A stretch of DNA of 64,000 nucleotides from Chloroflexota bacterium (GCA_003141245.1 PLLE01000041.1:175329-239328), one strand, 5' to 3'; numbered from the stretch's first letter, positions 9,122 through 20,380 are shown. Program-made: numbers and translations. The notes: generated by a model not told the origin, from the letters alone.

Positions 9122-10722
9122 CCGTGCGCCTGGTGGATCCGTCCGTGGCCGAGTTCCGGCCCGAAGGGCACGCCATGCCGAGCTTCTTCGTCTGGACCCT
9201 GGGCTGCCAGATGAACCAGAGCGACTCCGAGGAGATGGCCGGCCAGCTGCTCTCCGCCGGGTGCGCTCGAGCCTCCGCCATGGAGGTGGCCGACCTCATC
9301 GTCATCAACACCTGTGCCGTCCGCGAGCATGCCGAGGCCAAGGTGATCGGGCGCCAGGGCCAGCTGGCCGAACTCAAGAGGGCGAGACCGGGGCTGCGGG
9401 TCGTGCTGGCCGGATGCGGCGTCCGAGAGTCCGAACGGGCCGGGCTGCGCAAGCGCTTCCCGGCAGTCGATCTCTTCCTGCGGCCGGACGAGGAGCCGGA
9501 GCTGGCGCTGCGCCTCGGCCTGGTCTCCGCGCAGGCGCCGATCGGCCTGCGGACGGCCGCCACCGCCGCCACGACCGTTGTCTCGGGCCGGCCGGTCAGT
9601 GCGGCGGATCACCTTGCCCCGAACCGCGCCACGGCGCTGGCCGAGGGTCGCGTGGCCCGCTCCTCGACGCTCTCGGCCTGGCTGCCGATCGTCTACGGCT
9701 GCGACAAGACCTGCACCTACTGCATCGTCCCATTCGCGCGAGGGCCGGAGCGCAGTCGTCCCTTCGACGACATCGTCGCCGAGGCCCGGGTTATCGCGAC
9801 GGCGGGGTACCAGGAGCTGACGCTGCTCGGCCAGAACGTCAACAGCTACGGCCACGACCTGCCTGCGGAGAAGCGGTTCGGCCACATCGACACCGAACGA
9901 TCGAGCGGGCGGAAGCTGGACCTGCACGGGCGACCCGACCTGGCCGAGTTGCTACGCTCGATCGACGGCATTCACGGGGCCGACGGCCGGCCGGCGATCC
10001 CGCGTCTGCGCTTCATCACTTCGCATCCGTGGGATCTGTCGGATCGACTCATCGAATCGATGGCCGAATGCCCGAGCGTCTGCGAGCACCTCCATTTGCC
10101 GATCCAGTCGGGCGACGACGAGATCCTCCAGAGGATGGGCCGCCAGTACACGGTCGAGCACTACCGCGAGCGCCTGTCGAGAATCCGCGAGGCGGTGCCC
10201 GGCATCGCCGTCTCGACCGACGTCATCGTCGGCTTCTGCGGCGAGAGCGATGCCCAATTCGAGGCGACGCTGCGGATCCTCGAGGAAGTCCGGTTCGATA
10301 CGGTCTTTGCCGCCGCGTACTCGCCGCGGCCCGGCACGCCCGCGCTGCGGATGGCGGACGACGTGTCGCCGGCCGTGAAGCGGCGCCGGCTCAACGAGCT
10401 GCTCGCCCGCCAGGAGTCGATCGGCCTGGAGTTGAATCGCGACTGGCTCGGACGCGAGGCCGAAGTCCTGGTGGAGCGGATCACGCCGCCGCGCCGACGC
10501 TCGGTCGAGGAAGATGGCGGCCCGGAAGACCCGGCGCTTCGCGTCCCGAGCCTCTACGGGTCGGCAGGGGAGGGCAGCGTCGCCCTGGCCGGCCGTACCC
10601 GCCACAACAAGCTCGTCCATCTCGCCGGCGATCCCTCGCTGGTCGGCCGCCCCGTGACGGTCCGCGTCGAGTACGCCGGTCCGTTCGCCCTGCGCGGCCG
10701 CGTCGTCGCCCCGACGGCGTAA
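9118..10722 (+). CDS. miaB: tRNA-i6A37 methylthiotransferase MiaB
   Basis: FVWTLGCQMNQSDSE...INTCAVRE (UPF0004 domain), the radical SAM motif CDKTCTYCIVP and a C-terminal TRAM domain. The ATG overlaps the PHP gene stop (ATGA). Confidence 0.93.
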   Translation: MTVRLVDPSVAEFRPEGHAMPSFFVWTLGCQMNQSDSEEMAGQLLSAGCARASAMEVADLIVINTCAVREHAEAKVIGRQGQLAELKRARPGLRVVLAGCGVRESERAGLRKRFPAVDLFLRPDEEPELALRLGLVSAQAPIGLRTAATAATTVVSGRPVSAADHLAPNRATALAEGRVARSSTLSAWLPIVYGCDKTCTYCIVPFARGPERSRPFDDIVAEARVIATAGYQELTLLGQNVNSYGHDLPAEKRFGHIDTERSSGRKLDLHGRPDLAELLRSIDGIHGADGRPAIPRLRFITSHPWDLSDRLIESMAECPSVCEHLHLPIQSGDDEILQRMGRQYTVEHYRERLSRIREAVPGIAVSTDVIVGFCGESDAQFEATLRILEEVRFDTVFAAAYSPRPGTPALRMADDVSPAVKRRRLNELLARQESIGLELNRDWLGREAEVLVERITPPRRRSVEEDGGPEDPALRVPSLYGSAGEGSVALAGRTRHNKLVHLAGDPSLVGRPVTVRVEYAGPFALRGRVVAPTA

Positions 10723-11667
10723 GTGGCCGCGGCCGCGCTTCCGCCGCTCGTCGTCCTGGCCGGGACCACGGCCAGCGGCAAGACCGCGCTCTCGCTGGCC
10801 CTCGCGGAGCAGCTGGCCGCCCGAGGCGTCCCGGCCGAGATCGTCTCCGCCGACTCGCGGCAGGTCTATCGCGGCATGGACATCGGCACGGCCAAGGTCA
10901 CTCCGGAAGAGCGAGCGCGGGTCCCTCACCACGGCATGGATCTCGTGGATCCGGACGTGCCGTTCAGCGTGGCCGACTTTGCGGCCCATGCCGGGCAGGC
11001 GCTGGCGGGGATCGCCGAGCGGGGCGCCGTCGCGCTGCTGGTCGGCGGCACGGGCTTCTATCTCCGTTCCGTGGCCTGCGGGCTGGCTGTCGACGAGCTG
11101 CCCTGGGACGCGGAGGTGCGTGCCTCGGTGGAGGCGGCCCTCGCCGCGGACGGCCTGCCCGCGCTCGTGGCGGAGCTGCGCCGCCTGGCGCCCACGCGCG
11201 CCGCGGCCGTGGACCTGCGCAACCCGCGACGCGTCGTCCGGGCCCTGGAGATCGCCCGTCTCCGGGGAGACGCGCCACTCCCCGAGCCTCGGGGCTACGG
11301 GCGGCCGGTCCTGTGGCTGGGCCTGCGCGTCGAGCCGCCGGTCCTGCGCGCCCGCATTCAGGCCCGCGCCCGCGCCCAGTTCGACGCGGGCCTCGTGGAG
11401 GAGACGCGCGCGCTCATCGCCCGCTACTCGCCGACGCTCCCCAGCTTTTCGGGGATCGGCTACGCAGAGGCGCTGGCGGTCATCGAGGGCCGCCTGTCAC
11501 TCGAAGAGGCGATCGCCGAGGACGCTCGTCGCAACGTCGTCTTCGCCCGCCATCAGGCCACGTGGTTCCGCCGCGAGCCCGAGATCGTCTGGCTCGACGC
11601 CACCCGCGAACTGCCGCTCGGCGAGGCCACGATGGCTGTCGAGAGCTACCTGGCGAGCCTCAGCTAA
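10723..11667 (+). CDS. miaA: tRNA dimethylallyltransferase MiaA
   Basis: LAGTTASGKTALSLALA...SADSRQVYRGMDIGTAKVT...HHGMDLVDP. Confidence 0.93.
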   Translation: MAAAALPPLVVLAGTTASGKTALSLALAEQLAARGVPAEIVSADSRQVYRGMDIGTAKVTPEERARVPHHGMDLVDPDVPFSVADFAAHAGQALAGIAERGAVALLVGGTGFYLRSVACGLAVDELPWDAEVRASVEAALAADGLPALVAELRRLAPTRAAAVDLRNPRRVVRALEIARLRGDAPLPEPRGYGRPVLWLGLRVEPPVLRARIQARARAQFDAGLVEETRALIARYSPTLPSFSGIGYAEALAVIEGRLSLEEAIAEDARRNVVFARHQATWFRREPEIVWLDATRELPLGEATMAVESYLASLS

Positions 11668-11787
11668 GACGGCGCGGTTCGTCTTCCGTCGATTGCGCTG
11701 CCTCGGCGGTCGGCACGGTCTCGCCGGCGATCCGCGGAATTGGGGCCAGAGCGCTCCATGCCGCGCGCGCATGGAGCCCAAATCGAA

Positions 11788-13578
11788 CTACTCGCGGGCA
11801 TCGAGTCCGTGGTTCGGAAACGATCCGGCCCCGGTTGCAGCCGCGACCGACAGGGGTCGACCCAGCAGGTAGCCCTGGCCCAGCTCGATGGTAAGGGCGC
11901 GCAGGACGGTGAGCTCACCCTCGGTCTCGATGCCCTCGACGATCAACCGGCAGCCGGTTGCGCGAGCGAAGTGACACAGGCCGACGATCATCGCCTGACG
12001 CGCCTCGTCGGACTCGAGGCCGGCGACCAGTGACCGATCGAGCTTCACGAACGCCGGGTGCAGCTCGATAATATGGCGCAGGCTGGCGAACCCGGTACCC
12101 GTGTCGTCCACGGCGAACTCCACCTTGGGTCCCAATGCGTCCATCGCCGCGCGGAACGCCGGGTAGTCGGCGATGGGCGCATGTTCGGTCACCTCCAGCA
12201 CGAGGCGTCGGTGGCTTCCAGCCAGGATGGTACGCAGCGGCTCTCCCGCGAGGATGAACTCGGGCGAGGCGTTCAGGTTGAGCCATGCCGACCCTGGCAA
12301 GACCTCCGCAGCCGCGAGGGCAGCCTCGAGCGTGGCGGTCTCCAGTTCGGCCCCGCGGCCGACCGCGGCCGCCTCGGCGAATAGGACCTCGGGATTGGCA
12401 CCGTCGGTGAAGCGTGTGAGCGCCTCGTAGCCGATGATCTCATCGTGCCGGAGGTCGACGATCGGTTGGAAGACCGGCCGGAAGGCTCGGCGGGCGATGA
12501 TGTCCGCGATGCGGTCGCGGCCACGTCCTGCCTCGGTCCGCTCGGCCACGTCGCGGCCGATGAGTGCCCCGGCAAGATCCGCGAACTCGACGAGGGCCGG
12601 CAGCGCCTCCGCGGAGGCGAACTCCTCGACGGATCCCTTGACGTGAACTCCGAGCAGTCCGATGAGCCTCTGATCGTGTCGCACGGGCGCGTACGCAATC
12701 GCGTGTACGCCGAGGCTGCTCAGGAGTTGGTTGTACGGGTACGAGGGCCGGTCTACCCAGGGCTCGATCCAGGGGCCTTCGGCGGCCCGCTCGCGGAGGT
12801 GCCGACTGCGCTGGGCCGGGAGCAGTCTCAGCGGCGGGTCGGACTGGCCCGCGACGACGAAGCCGATCGGCACCGCGCGTCCATCGAGCCCGAAGAGGGA
12901 GAGATGCGCGGCCTTGACGCCGGTGAAACTCCCGACCCGGCGGCAGATCGCCTGCGCTGTGGCCTCCGGCGTGTCGCCTGCGCGCAGGCCGCGGATCGTC
13001 TCCGCGATGAGGGCGCGCTCCCGGGCGAGCTGGGTCGCGCGCTCCGCAAGCGCTCGCTCATGCGTCACGTCACGCTGCACCGCCACGTACCTCGTGATCA
13101 CTCCCGAGGAGTCGCGGATCGGCGAGATGACGACCGCCTCGGTATAGAACGAACCGTCCTTGCGTCGGTTGACGAAGTCGCCCACCCATGGCACGCCATT
13201 CGTGAGCGCGGTCCACATTGCCTCGTAGAACGAGCGCGGCTGTTGGCCGCTCTTCAGGAGGCTTGGATTCTGGCCGATGACCTCGTCGCGGGTATAGCCG
13301 GTCACTCGCTCGAAGGCGTGATTGACGTATGTGATCCGTGCCTCGCGGTCGGTGATCATGATCGACTCGGCCACCTGCTCGATGCCAGCGGCGAGCCGAT
13401 CGCGCTCCGCCCTGTCGCGCAACTGCGCCTCGATGCCCCCGGAGAGGGTCGGAACAGCCGCCTCATGGGTCGGCGTCTGCTTATGAGTGTGGCCGGGCGT
13501 CCCGCGTTCCGAAGGCTGCTGGCGGAATGCACTCGGGTCGTGATCCGTGCCGGGTTCTGGCCCCGAACCTCTCATCAC
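11788..13578 (-). CDS. PAS-GAF-EAL protein (c-di-GMP phosphodiesterase)
   Basis: PAS domain (ITYVNHAFERVTGYTRDEVIGQNP) and EAL domain (FQPIVDL...YEALTRF, EVTEH, DDTGTGFASL, EGIETEGE, QGYLLGRP). The exact start is uncertain. Confidence 0.85.
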   Translation of the reverse strand: MMRGSGPEPGTDHDPSAFRQQPSERGTPGHTHKQTPTHEAAVPTLSGGIEAQLRDRAERDRLAAGIEQVAESIMITDREARITYVNHAFERVTGYTRDEVIGQNPSLLKSGQQPRSFYEAMWTALTNGVPWVGDFVNRRKDGSFYTEAVVISPIRDSSGVITRYVAVQRDVTHERALAERATQLARERALIAETIRGLRAGDTPEATAQAICRRVGSFTGVKAAHLSLFGLDGRAVPIGFVVAGQSDPPLRLLPAQRSRHLRERAAEGPWIEPWVDRPSYPYNQLLSSLGVHAIAYAPVRHDQRLIGLLGVHVKGSVEEFASAEALPALVEFADLAGALIGRDVAERTEAGRGRDRIADIIARRAFRPVFQPIVDLRHDEIIGYEALTRFTDGANPEVLFAEAAAVGRGAELETATLEAALAAAEVLPGSAWLNLNASPEFILAGEPLRTILAGSHRRLVLEVTEHAPIADYPAFRAAMDALGPKVEFAVDDTGTGFASLRHIIELHPAFVKLDRSLVAGLESDEARQAMIVGLCHFARATGCRLIVEGIETEGELTVLRALTIELGQGYLLGRPLSVAAATGAGSFPNHGLDARE

Positions 13579-13954
13579 GCGATCTCACGAGCGCGCCCTT
13601 CCGGATGTTCCGAACTTACCGGCCGGTCGACGTGGCCACGCCACAGTACGCCATCAATGCGTGCTTGACCACCCATCGCATTCAACATCAGGTCGTCGTG
13701 TGGTCGTCTCATTGGCGGTCGCGAGCCGGTCGCCGACGTGTTCGAAGCGCTGGCTACTCACGGCCTGATCAGCCATGCTCGAAACCTCGGCCGCGATACG
13801 GTAACAGCCACTAAACACCCGCAGCCGAAAACCCGCTGGCCTGACGGCATTTGACATGTGTTGCCGGTGTGTGCACCGTTCATTTGGACATGCTGCGCGA
13901 CCGAAGTCGCCACCGCCTCGGTCGCCGACGCGAGTGGCTCCTCTTGGGTGTTAC

Positions 13955-15775
13955 ATGAGCGAGCGTCGAGGACGGGTTCGTTCTGGCAGCCCTCGCACCA
14001 GCAGCGATGAGCCGCGGACGGCCGCCGCCGCCGTTTTGCCTTGGGCTGTCCCCGACCGTCGGGATCGCACCTGGCTCGCGCGGATCTCCATTGTCGCTGC
14101 CATTGTCGTTGTTACTCTGGGTCTTCTGGGGTTCGCTGGGTGGATCATCGGCCCAAGCTGGTTGAGCGAGCTGTTGCCCGGGACGCTGCCCATCAAGGCC
14201 AACGCCGCAGTCTCGCTCGTCCTTCTGGGCGCCGCTCTCTGCCTCAGTGTCGCCGGATTCGGGCCTCGATCCCGGCTCGTGCGCGCACTCGCGCTGGTCG
14301 TCCTCTTCATTTCGACTGCGACGGCCGTCGAGTACGTCACGGGAATCGACTTGGGCATCGATCGATTTCTCGCGGCCGACACTGCCACGCCCGGCGCCCC
14401 CTACCCGGGGCGCATGGCTGTGGGGGCGATGGTCTCGTTCATCGCCGCTGCCCTCGCCCTCCTCTCTATGGGTCGCTCGTGGCGGGGCTGGCACCCCAGC
14501 ACTGTCCTCGCGGGCGTAGTCGCCGCTGTCGGCGGGTTGGGCACCCTCGGCTACGCGTACGGCTCAGAGCAGTTCACCAGAATCGGGTCGACGACTCAGA
14601 TCGCGTTCCCCGCGGCCCTCGCGTTACTCGTCCTCTCAGTCGGTCTCGTGGCCGCGGGCTCAGAGCAGGGTTTCATGCGGGCGCTGACGGATCGGGAGCT
14701 GTCCGGCCAGCTCACTCGTCGCTTCTTGCCCACGGCTCTGCTTGTCGTGCCCTTCAGCGTGTGGCTGATGCTGCAGTTCGAGCACGACGGGGTGTGGACC
14801 GAGCGTGATGGGGCTGCAGTGGTCGTTACCTTCGAGATCTTCTTGCTGGCGGTCATCGGCGTGTGGATCACCAGCCGGACGCTGCGCCTCGAGGATTCGC
14901 GCAAGGAGGCCCGACGCGAGCGCGACGGGCTGTTCGACACTTCCGACGACCTGATCTGCGCGGTGGACGCGGAAGGGCTTTTCATCCTCGTATCTCCCAG
15001 CTGGACCCGCCTCATGGGCTATGAGCCGGGGGATCTGCTGGGCCGCCCGCTGAGCGGGTTCGTCCTCCCTGATGAGCTGGGGCCGACGATGGAGGAGCCT
15101 TTCGGCCGGGCGGAGTTCAGCGAGCGCGTTTCCGGGCATGTCAACCGTTGCCGCGCGCGCGACGGCACATATCGCTGGTTCGAGTGGAACGGCAGCCGCG
15201 ACCCGGAGACCGGGCGGATCTTCGCTGCCGGTCGCGACATCTCCGACCGCAAGCAGGCCGAGTTCAAGCTGCTCAAACTCAACGCCGAACTCGAGGAGCG
15301 GGCGATGCGCGATCCACTCACCGGACTGGCCAACCGACGACTGCTAGACGAGCTTCTCGCCGCTTCGCTGAGTCGAGTTGAGCGCTCAAGCGAACCTGTT
15401 CAGGTCGTCTATGTCGACCTGAACGACTTCAAGGCGGTCAACGACATTCACGGTCATGCTGCTGGTGACGCAGTCCTACAGGAGACGGCCAGGCGGTTCA
15501 AGGCGGCGGTGCGGGTGGGCGACATCGTAGCCAGGGTTGGCGGCGACGAGTTCGTTCTCGTCCTCCAGCCGGCCGTCGATGCCTTTGAAGCCTTTCGCAC
15601 CCGGGTAGACTGCGCCCTTGCCGAGCCGATCGATGTCGGTGGAGGCATAAAGGTGAGCTGCACTGCCAGCATCGGACTGGCGGATAGCCGCACGACAGGC
15701 ACAGACCCGGCGCGGCTCCTGAGCGCCGCTGACGCCAACATGTACGCACGCAAGAGCGCCGCACCGAAACGGTAG
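13955..15775 (+). CDS. Multi-pass membrane sensor-PAS-GGDEF diguanylate cyclase
   Basis: About 8 predicted TM helices, a PAS domain, then RDPLTGLANRR...DLNDFKAVNDIHGHAAGD...RVGGDEFVLVL. An in-frame upstream start at 13856 is possible. Confidence 0.85.
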   Translation: MSERRGRVRSGSPRTSSDEPRTAAAAVLPWAVPDRRDRTWLARISIVAAIVVVTLGLLGFAGWIIGPSWLSELLPGTLPIKANAAVSLVLLGAALCLSVAGFGPRSRLVRALALVVLFISTATAVEYVTGIDLGIDRFLAADTATPGAPYPGRMAVGAMVSFIAAALALLSMGRSWRGWHPSTVLAGVVAAVGGLGTLGYAYGSEQFTRIGSTTQIAFPAALALLVLSVGLVAAGSEQGFMRALTDRELSGQLTRRFLPTALLVVPFSVWLMLQFEHDGVWTERDGAAVVVTFEIFLLAVIGVWITSRTLRLEDSRKEARRERDGLFDTSDDLICAVDAEGLFILVSPSWTRLMGYEPGDLLGRPLSGFVLPDELGPTMEEPFGRAEFSERVSGHVNRCRARDGTYRWFEWNGSRDPETGRIFAAGRDISDRKQAEFKLLKLNAELEERAMRDPLTGLANRRLLDELLAASLSRVERSSEPVQVVYVDLNDFKAVNDIHGHAAGDAVLQETARRFKAAVRVGDIVARVGGDEFVLVLQPAVDAFEAFRTRVDCALAEPIDVGGGIKVSCTASIGLADSRTTGTDPARLLSAADANMYARKSAAPKR

Positions 15776-16054
15776 GGGGGAATCGGCGACCGTTGGAGCG
15801 GGGCAAGTGGAGACGGCATCTCACGGTGGGCCGTTGCCAGCTCTGCGGATGCTCGATTCCGACGAGGTGCTCCAAGCCAATCATCGAGCTCAGTCGGAAG
15901 TAGTCCGGCCGCCTGCCACGCTGTCGCGCTCGAAGTCCAAACCAAACCACTGGCGCAAGCCGAGGACGCGCTCACGACCTATGTCGATGAATTACGGGCG
16001 TTAACCGTCGCACGCTATGCGGACTATTGGGTCTTCCTGGTTCAGGCGTTCCGC

Positions 16055-16705
16055 TTGAGCGATGCCGTGGACGAGGAGATGAGGACGTACGTGCGGCAGT
16101 TCGCCCTGAATCTCGATAGCCACTTTGAGCAGATAGTCTCAACGCCGGTAAACAATGCGGGCCCCGCTGCCTACCAGAGGAGTGTGGAAGCCATCTCGGC
16201 CACGCCTGACGCACTCGATGACTTCGACGCGGCATATTCGAGGCTGTTCGACGAGCTTTGCGTGCTGTGTCGTGCGCTTGGCGCCTGGGACGAGGCTGAA
16301 GACGTCGCCCAGGAGGCGTTGTTGTACGGCCGTGCACATCTCCGAGACCTGCGCGACGAGCGGAACCTGCGGCCCTGGTTGCGGCGGATCGCGGCCCGTG
16401 GGGCAGCGAAAGCGCGTCGGCGCCGACTCCCCAGCCTGGACGGGACCGAGCCGAGCTACGTCCCGGTCGACCCGGAGATGAGGCTCGACTGCTCGGCGGC
16501 GGTGGCCAGACTGCCTGAACGTGAGCGTCTCGCGATAGCGCTGGTCTATGGGCTCGGCTATGGGCAGGAGGAAGCGGCGCAGGTGCTCGGGATCGCCCGA
16601 GGAACCGTGGCCGCGAGTCTATGGAAGGCCCGTCAGAAGCTCGCGCGCGAGCTCGCCCCCGCGACCGCCCCCGCGACCGCGACCGCGAAGGAGTTGGAAC
16701 GATGA
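16055..16705 (+). CDS. ECF-type RNA polymerase sigma factor with an N-terminal extension of about 55 aa
   Basis: Region 2 (EDVAQEALLYGRAHL...NLRPWLRRIA) and region 4 (LPERERLAIALVYGLGYGQEEAAQVLGIARGTVAASLWKARQKL). TTG start. Confidence 0.8.
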   Translation: MSDAVDEEMRTYVRQFALNLDSHFEQIVSTPVNNAGPAAYQRSVEAISATPDALDDFDAAYSRLFDELCVLCRALGAWDEAEDVAQEALLYGRAHLRDLRDERNLRPWLRRIAARGAAKARRRRLPSLDGTEPSYVPVDPEMRLDCSAAVARLPERERLAIALVYGLGYGQEEAAQVLGIARGTVAASLWKARQKLARELAPATAPATATAKELER

Positions 16706-18180
16706 GGACGGTCGGCCTTCGCGCTCCTCATGTGAACGAGCGCAGGCTCGCCCAGGCGGCGGAAGCCGGAGCGGCGGGGCTGACGGACGCAGAGCGGCGG
16801 CACGTGACCGCATGCGAGCGGTGCGGCCGCCTGTTCGAGGGGCACCGCCGGACTGTCCATCTCTTGAATGGGCCCTGGCGGCGCGTGGAGACGCGTCGGG
16901 CGACTTTCCCGATCTGGCGCCGCGACAAAGTGGCGCGCTGGGCCCAACTGGCCGCGGCCGTCGCGATCGCGGTGGCCCTGACGGCGGCACTGCTCTACTG
17001 GCGCCAGAGCATCCCTGCGACGGTGTCTGCTAGCACATCGCCGACCGGCGTCCCGACGGCCCCGACCTTGCCCAGCTCTCCCATTCCTACCGGGACGGCG
17101 CTGGCCAAAGACACACCGTTCTCGACTCCCTCGTCCGCCAGCACCTTGCTCGTGGTTCCCGCCGCGATGCGGATGAACGTCCCGCTGCCCGCCGGCGCAC
17201 AGGTCGACACCAACCGTCTGGTCGCGGACGGGGACTGGCTGGTCATGGGCATCTACTACCATGGCTCGTTATCTGAGGCCCTGTACGCCGCCAACCTCCA
17301 CACAGGCGCGCTCCGCAAGATACGCGACGCGGCGGTCTTCTCCTCGGTCCCAATCGATATCTCGGTCGCGGGCTCCCAGGCTGCCTGGGCTGACCTGACC
17401 TGCCAGTCTTCGATGCCCTCGCCCATGCCGACCGAGCAGGCCCACCCGCAGGTGCAAGTCCATTGCAGCAGCTGGCGGGTCGTCCTCACCGATCTCGACA
17501 CCGGGGCGAGCAGAATCGTTGCCCAGGGGAGCAACCCGGAGATCGTCAACGAGGCCATTTCAGGGGACACGCCGGTTCCGGCTGTCCCGACGGTCGCCCT
17601 GGGGGACGGCGTGCTTGCCTATACCACGGGTGACCTCACCCATGACATCAAACTCAACCTGCTGACGCTCTCGTCAGGTGCGACGCGAACACTACCGCTC
17701 GGTGGACCGGTCGAGCAGATGCGTTGGGCGGGCGGGGACCTGGCCTGGGTGGAGGACCCGGACCTTCAACCTGCCGGGACCTACGGGTCCACCTACCCGT
17801 CCTATTCGGGATCTCACCTCATGCTGCTGCCCAAAGGCTTCTCCGAGGCGCGCCTGATCGCTGACGGTGCCTACTGGCCGGCCGCCGATACGACCGAGAT
17901 CGCCTGGGACACGGGGGGCTGCGAGATGTGGATCGTGTCGGCCCCGTTCAGGCAGCCCGCTCCTACCGGTTACGAGGGCTGCCCGGCGTTCGTCTCGGGC
18001 GGCTGGCTCGGCTGGGGCGTGGGCTACAAGAACGCGTCGTTCCTGATCCAGGGGCCCAGCGATTCGGAGCCCCGTGGAGTCCCCGACGGCGTGGCGCTTA
18101 CGGGAGGCTGGCTCATCCTCGGCTCGCAGCCGGACCAGCAAGCGAAGCTAGAAGTCGTCCGGCTCTCCGACCTGAAGTAG
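16702..18180 (+). CDS. Anti-sigma factor candidate (zf-HC2 motif, single TM, large extracytoplasmic domain)
   Basis: The ATG overlaps the sigma gene stop (ATGA). It has H-x3-C-x2-C ([11 protein letters not shown]), the TM helix [21 protein letters not shown] and a Pro/Thr/Ser linker. Confidence 0.6.
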   Translation: MRTVGLRAPHVNERRLAQAAEAGAAGLTDAERRHVTACERCGRLFEGHRRTVHLLNGPWRRVETRRATFPIWRRDKVARWAQLAAAVAIAVALTAALLYWRQSIPATVSASTSPTGVPTAPTLPSSPIPTGTALAKDTPFSTPSSASTLLVVPAAMRMNVPLPAGAQVDTNRLVADGDWLVMGIYYHGSLSEALYAANLHTGALRKIRDAAVFSSVPIDISVAGSQAAWADLTCQSSMPSPMPTEQAHPQVQVHCSSWRVVLTDLDTGASRIVAQGSNPEIVNEAISGDTPVPAVPTVALGDGVLAYTTGDLTHDIKLNLLTLSSGATRTLPLGGPVEQMRWAGGDLAWVEDPDLQPAGTYGSTYPSYSGSHLMLLPKGFSEARLIADGAYWPAADTTEIAWDTGGCEMWIVSAPFRQPAPTGYEGCPAFVSGGWLGWGVGYKNASFLIQGPSDSEPRGVPDGVALTGGWLILGSQPDQQAKLEVVRLSDLK

Positions 18181-18247
18181 GCGCTGCGTCGGGCCGGGGA
18201 TCTTCGTGCCGGAGATCTTCGCCGTCCTTCCGCTATCCTGCCCCCAT

Positions 18248-19567
18248 ATGACCAAAGACATGATCGACCTCACGGCGCCGGTTGAGCGCGCCTTCCTTGT
18301 GGCCGTCGACACAGGCGACGACCCGGGCTGGACTGCCGAGGAATCCATCTCGGAGCTGGCCAGCCTGGCCGACACCGCCGGCGCCGAAGTCGTGGGGGCG
18401 GAGTGGCAGAACCGCCGCCATGTCGATCCCAACTTCTACGTGGGTAAGGGCAAAGTCGACGAACTGGTCGCGGCCAAGTCGGAGACTGCCTACACGATCG
18501 TGATCGCCGACGATGAACTCTCGCCGGCCCAGCAGCGCGCACTTGAGGAAGCCGTCAACGCAAAGGTGATCGACCGGTCGCGCCTCATTCTGGACATCTT
18601 CGCGCTGCATGCCCAGACGCACGAAGGCCGCCTCCAGGTGGAGCTGGCCCAGCTCGAATACCAGCTCCCGCGCCTGACTCGGCTGTGGACGCATCTCTCG
18701 CGCACCGGCGGCGGCATCGGCACCCGAGGCCCCGGCGAGTCGCAGCTGGAGACGGACAAGCGCCTGGTCCGCGATCGGATCAAGAAGCTCAAGGAGCGAG
18801 TCGAGCAGGTCGCCGAGCAGCGCCGCACGGCGACGCGGGCACGTGACCGCCGCCTTTACCCGACCGTCGCGATCGTCGGCTACACCAACGCCGGCAAGTC
18901 GACGCTGCTGAATTCGCTCGTCGGTCAGGTGGTCGTCAAGGCTGAGGACCGGCTCTTCGCCACGGTCGATCCCACCTCGCGCCAGGTCAAGCTCGGAGAG
19001 GGCCAGACGGTCATCGTGACCGACACGGTGGGCTTCATCCACAAGCTGCCCCACCAGCTCGTCGACGCCTTCCGGGCCACGCTGGAGGAAGTCACGCGCG
19101 CCGACGTCCTGCTCGAGATCGTCGACGCCTCGGACCGCCACTTCGCCGAGCATCGGGTCACCGTCCAGACGGTTCTCGAGGAGCTGGGCGCCGGCGACAA
19201 GCCGCGTCTCGTCGCCTTCAACAAGGCGGACCTTATCGAAGCCGCGGCTCGCGATGGCGAGACCCCCGGTCCGGCGATCGCGGGCACGGTCCTGATCTCC
19301 GCAGTCACCGGATACGGCCTCGAAACGCTCAAGGCCGAGCTCTCCGCGCTGCTCGCCTCGCTCTGGGTGGATGTCGATGTCGCGATTCCGTACCGCGCCG
19401 GCGAGTTGATCGCGCGAATACGCGAGCGGGGGACAGTGGATCTCGACTATCGGCCGACCGACGTGCACGTAAAGGGCCGCGTCAGCCCTCCGCTGGCGGG
19501 CGAGCTCGAGGCCGTGGCCGCGAAATGGCGTGAGTCGCTCCAGGCCGGCAACGAAATCGAGCCCTGA
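18248..19567 (+). CDS. hflX: GTPase HflX
   Basis: GKGKVDEL...[31 protein letters not shown]..., then G1 [12 protein letters not shown] and G3 DTVGF. An alternative start is at 18206. Confidence 0.93.
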   Translation: MTKDMIDLTAPVERAFLVAVDTGDDPGWTAEESISELASLADTAGAEVVGAEWQNRRHVDPNFYVGKGKVDELVAAKSETAYTIVIADDELSPAQQRALEEAVNAKVIDRSRLILDIFALHAQTHEGRLQVELAQLEYQLPRLTRLWTHLSRTGGGIGTRGPGESQLETDKRLVRDRIKKLKERVEQVAEQRRTATRARDRRLYPTVAIVGYTNAGKSTLLNSLVGQVVVKAEDRLFATVDPTSRQVKLGEGQTVIVTDTVGFIHKLPHQLVDAFRATLEEVTRADVLLEIVDASDRHFAEHRVTVQTVLEELGAGDKPRLVAFNKADLIEAAARDGETPGPAIAGTVLISAVTGYGLETLKAELSALLASLWVDVDVAIPYRAGELIARIRERGTVDLDYRPTDVHVKGRVSPPLAGELEAVAAKWRESLQAGNEIEP

Positions 19568-19579
19568 CGGAGGTCCCTG

Positions 19580-20380
19580 ATGCCCGACCTCCCGTTCTAC
19601 TCGAGCAAGCTGAACACGGAGACCTACGACCTGACCGTGGGTCGCCTCGGCTCCGCAACCAACGCCGACGTGGCGTTCTGCCTCGATCTGGCCGCTTCCT
19701 CCGGGCCGCGCGTCCTCGAGCTCGGCTGCGGCACCGGCCGTGTCACGATCGCGCTCGCCCAGGCCGGACTCGACGCCACCGGCCTCGATCTTTCGCCGGG
19801 GATGCTGCGAGAAGCCCTCTCGAAGGTCTCCCACCTCGACCCAGCGACCCGGGCGCGTTTGCGCTTCGTCGAGGGCGATATGATGGACTTCAGTCTGGTG
19901 AGCCGGTTTGACACGGTCCTCATCCCAGCCCGCGCATTCGCCTTCCTCCTCACGCCCGAAGCCCAGCGAGCATGCCTTGCGCGAGCCTTCGAGCACCTTC
20001 GTCCCGGAGGCGCTTTGTCGATCCACCTCTTCGATCCCCGTCTGGACCTGTGCATGCCGGGGCTGATGGGCGGTCGTACGGCGACGGAGCTCGACCCAAC
20101 GACTGGCCACACCATCCGCGTGGATGTCCTGTCGCGGCGGAACGACACGGTCGCTCAGGTCCTGCGAGAGCCCTGGCGCTTCACTGAACTCGACGAGGCG
20201 GGCACGGTCCTTCGAATCGAGGAGGAGGAGCTCGTTCTGCGCTGGACCTACCGCTACGAGATGCGCCACCTGCTCGAACTGGCCGGCTTCGACCGGATCG
20301 GCGAGCAGTCGGACTTCGAGGGTTCTCCGCCCGCGTATGGCTTGGAGCAAGTTTGGGTGTGCCGGAGGCCCGAGGCGTAG
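19580..20380 (+). CDS. Class I SAM-dependent methyltransferase
   Basis: Motif I VLELGCGTGRVT...GLDLSPGML, with acidic post-I and post-II motifs. Confidence 0.8.
   Translation: MPDLPFYSSKLNTETYDLTVGRLGSATNADVAFCLDLAASSGPRVLELGCGTGRVTIALAQAGLDATGLDLSPGMLREALSKVSHLDPATRARLRFVEGDMMDFSLVSRFDTVLIPARAFAFLLTPEAQRACLARAFEHLRPGGALSIHLFDPRLDLCMPGLMGGRTATELDPTTGHTIRVDVLSRRNDTVAQVLREPWRFTELDEAGTVLRIEEEELVLRWTYRYEMRHLLELAGFDRIGEQSDFEGSPPAYGLEQVWVCRRPEA

Noticed and set aside
9261-11894. A very long 877-aa plus-strand ORF spanning miaB and miaA.
   Set aside because: The translation is almost pure Arg/Pro/Gly/Ala, which is typical of an off-frame ORF in GC-rich DNA. It overlaps two genes with unmistakable MiaB and MiaA motifs in other frames.
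18233-20350. A 705-aa minus-strand ORF antisense to hflX and the methyltransferase gene.
   Set aside because: It has no recognisable motifs and the composition of a shadow ORF. The sense strand encodes canonical HflX G-domain and SAM-methyltransferase motifs.
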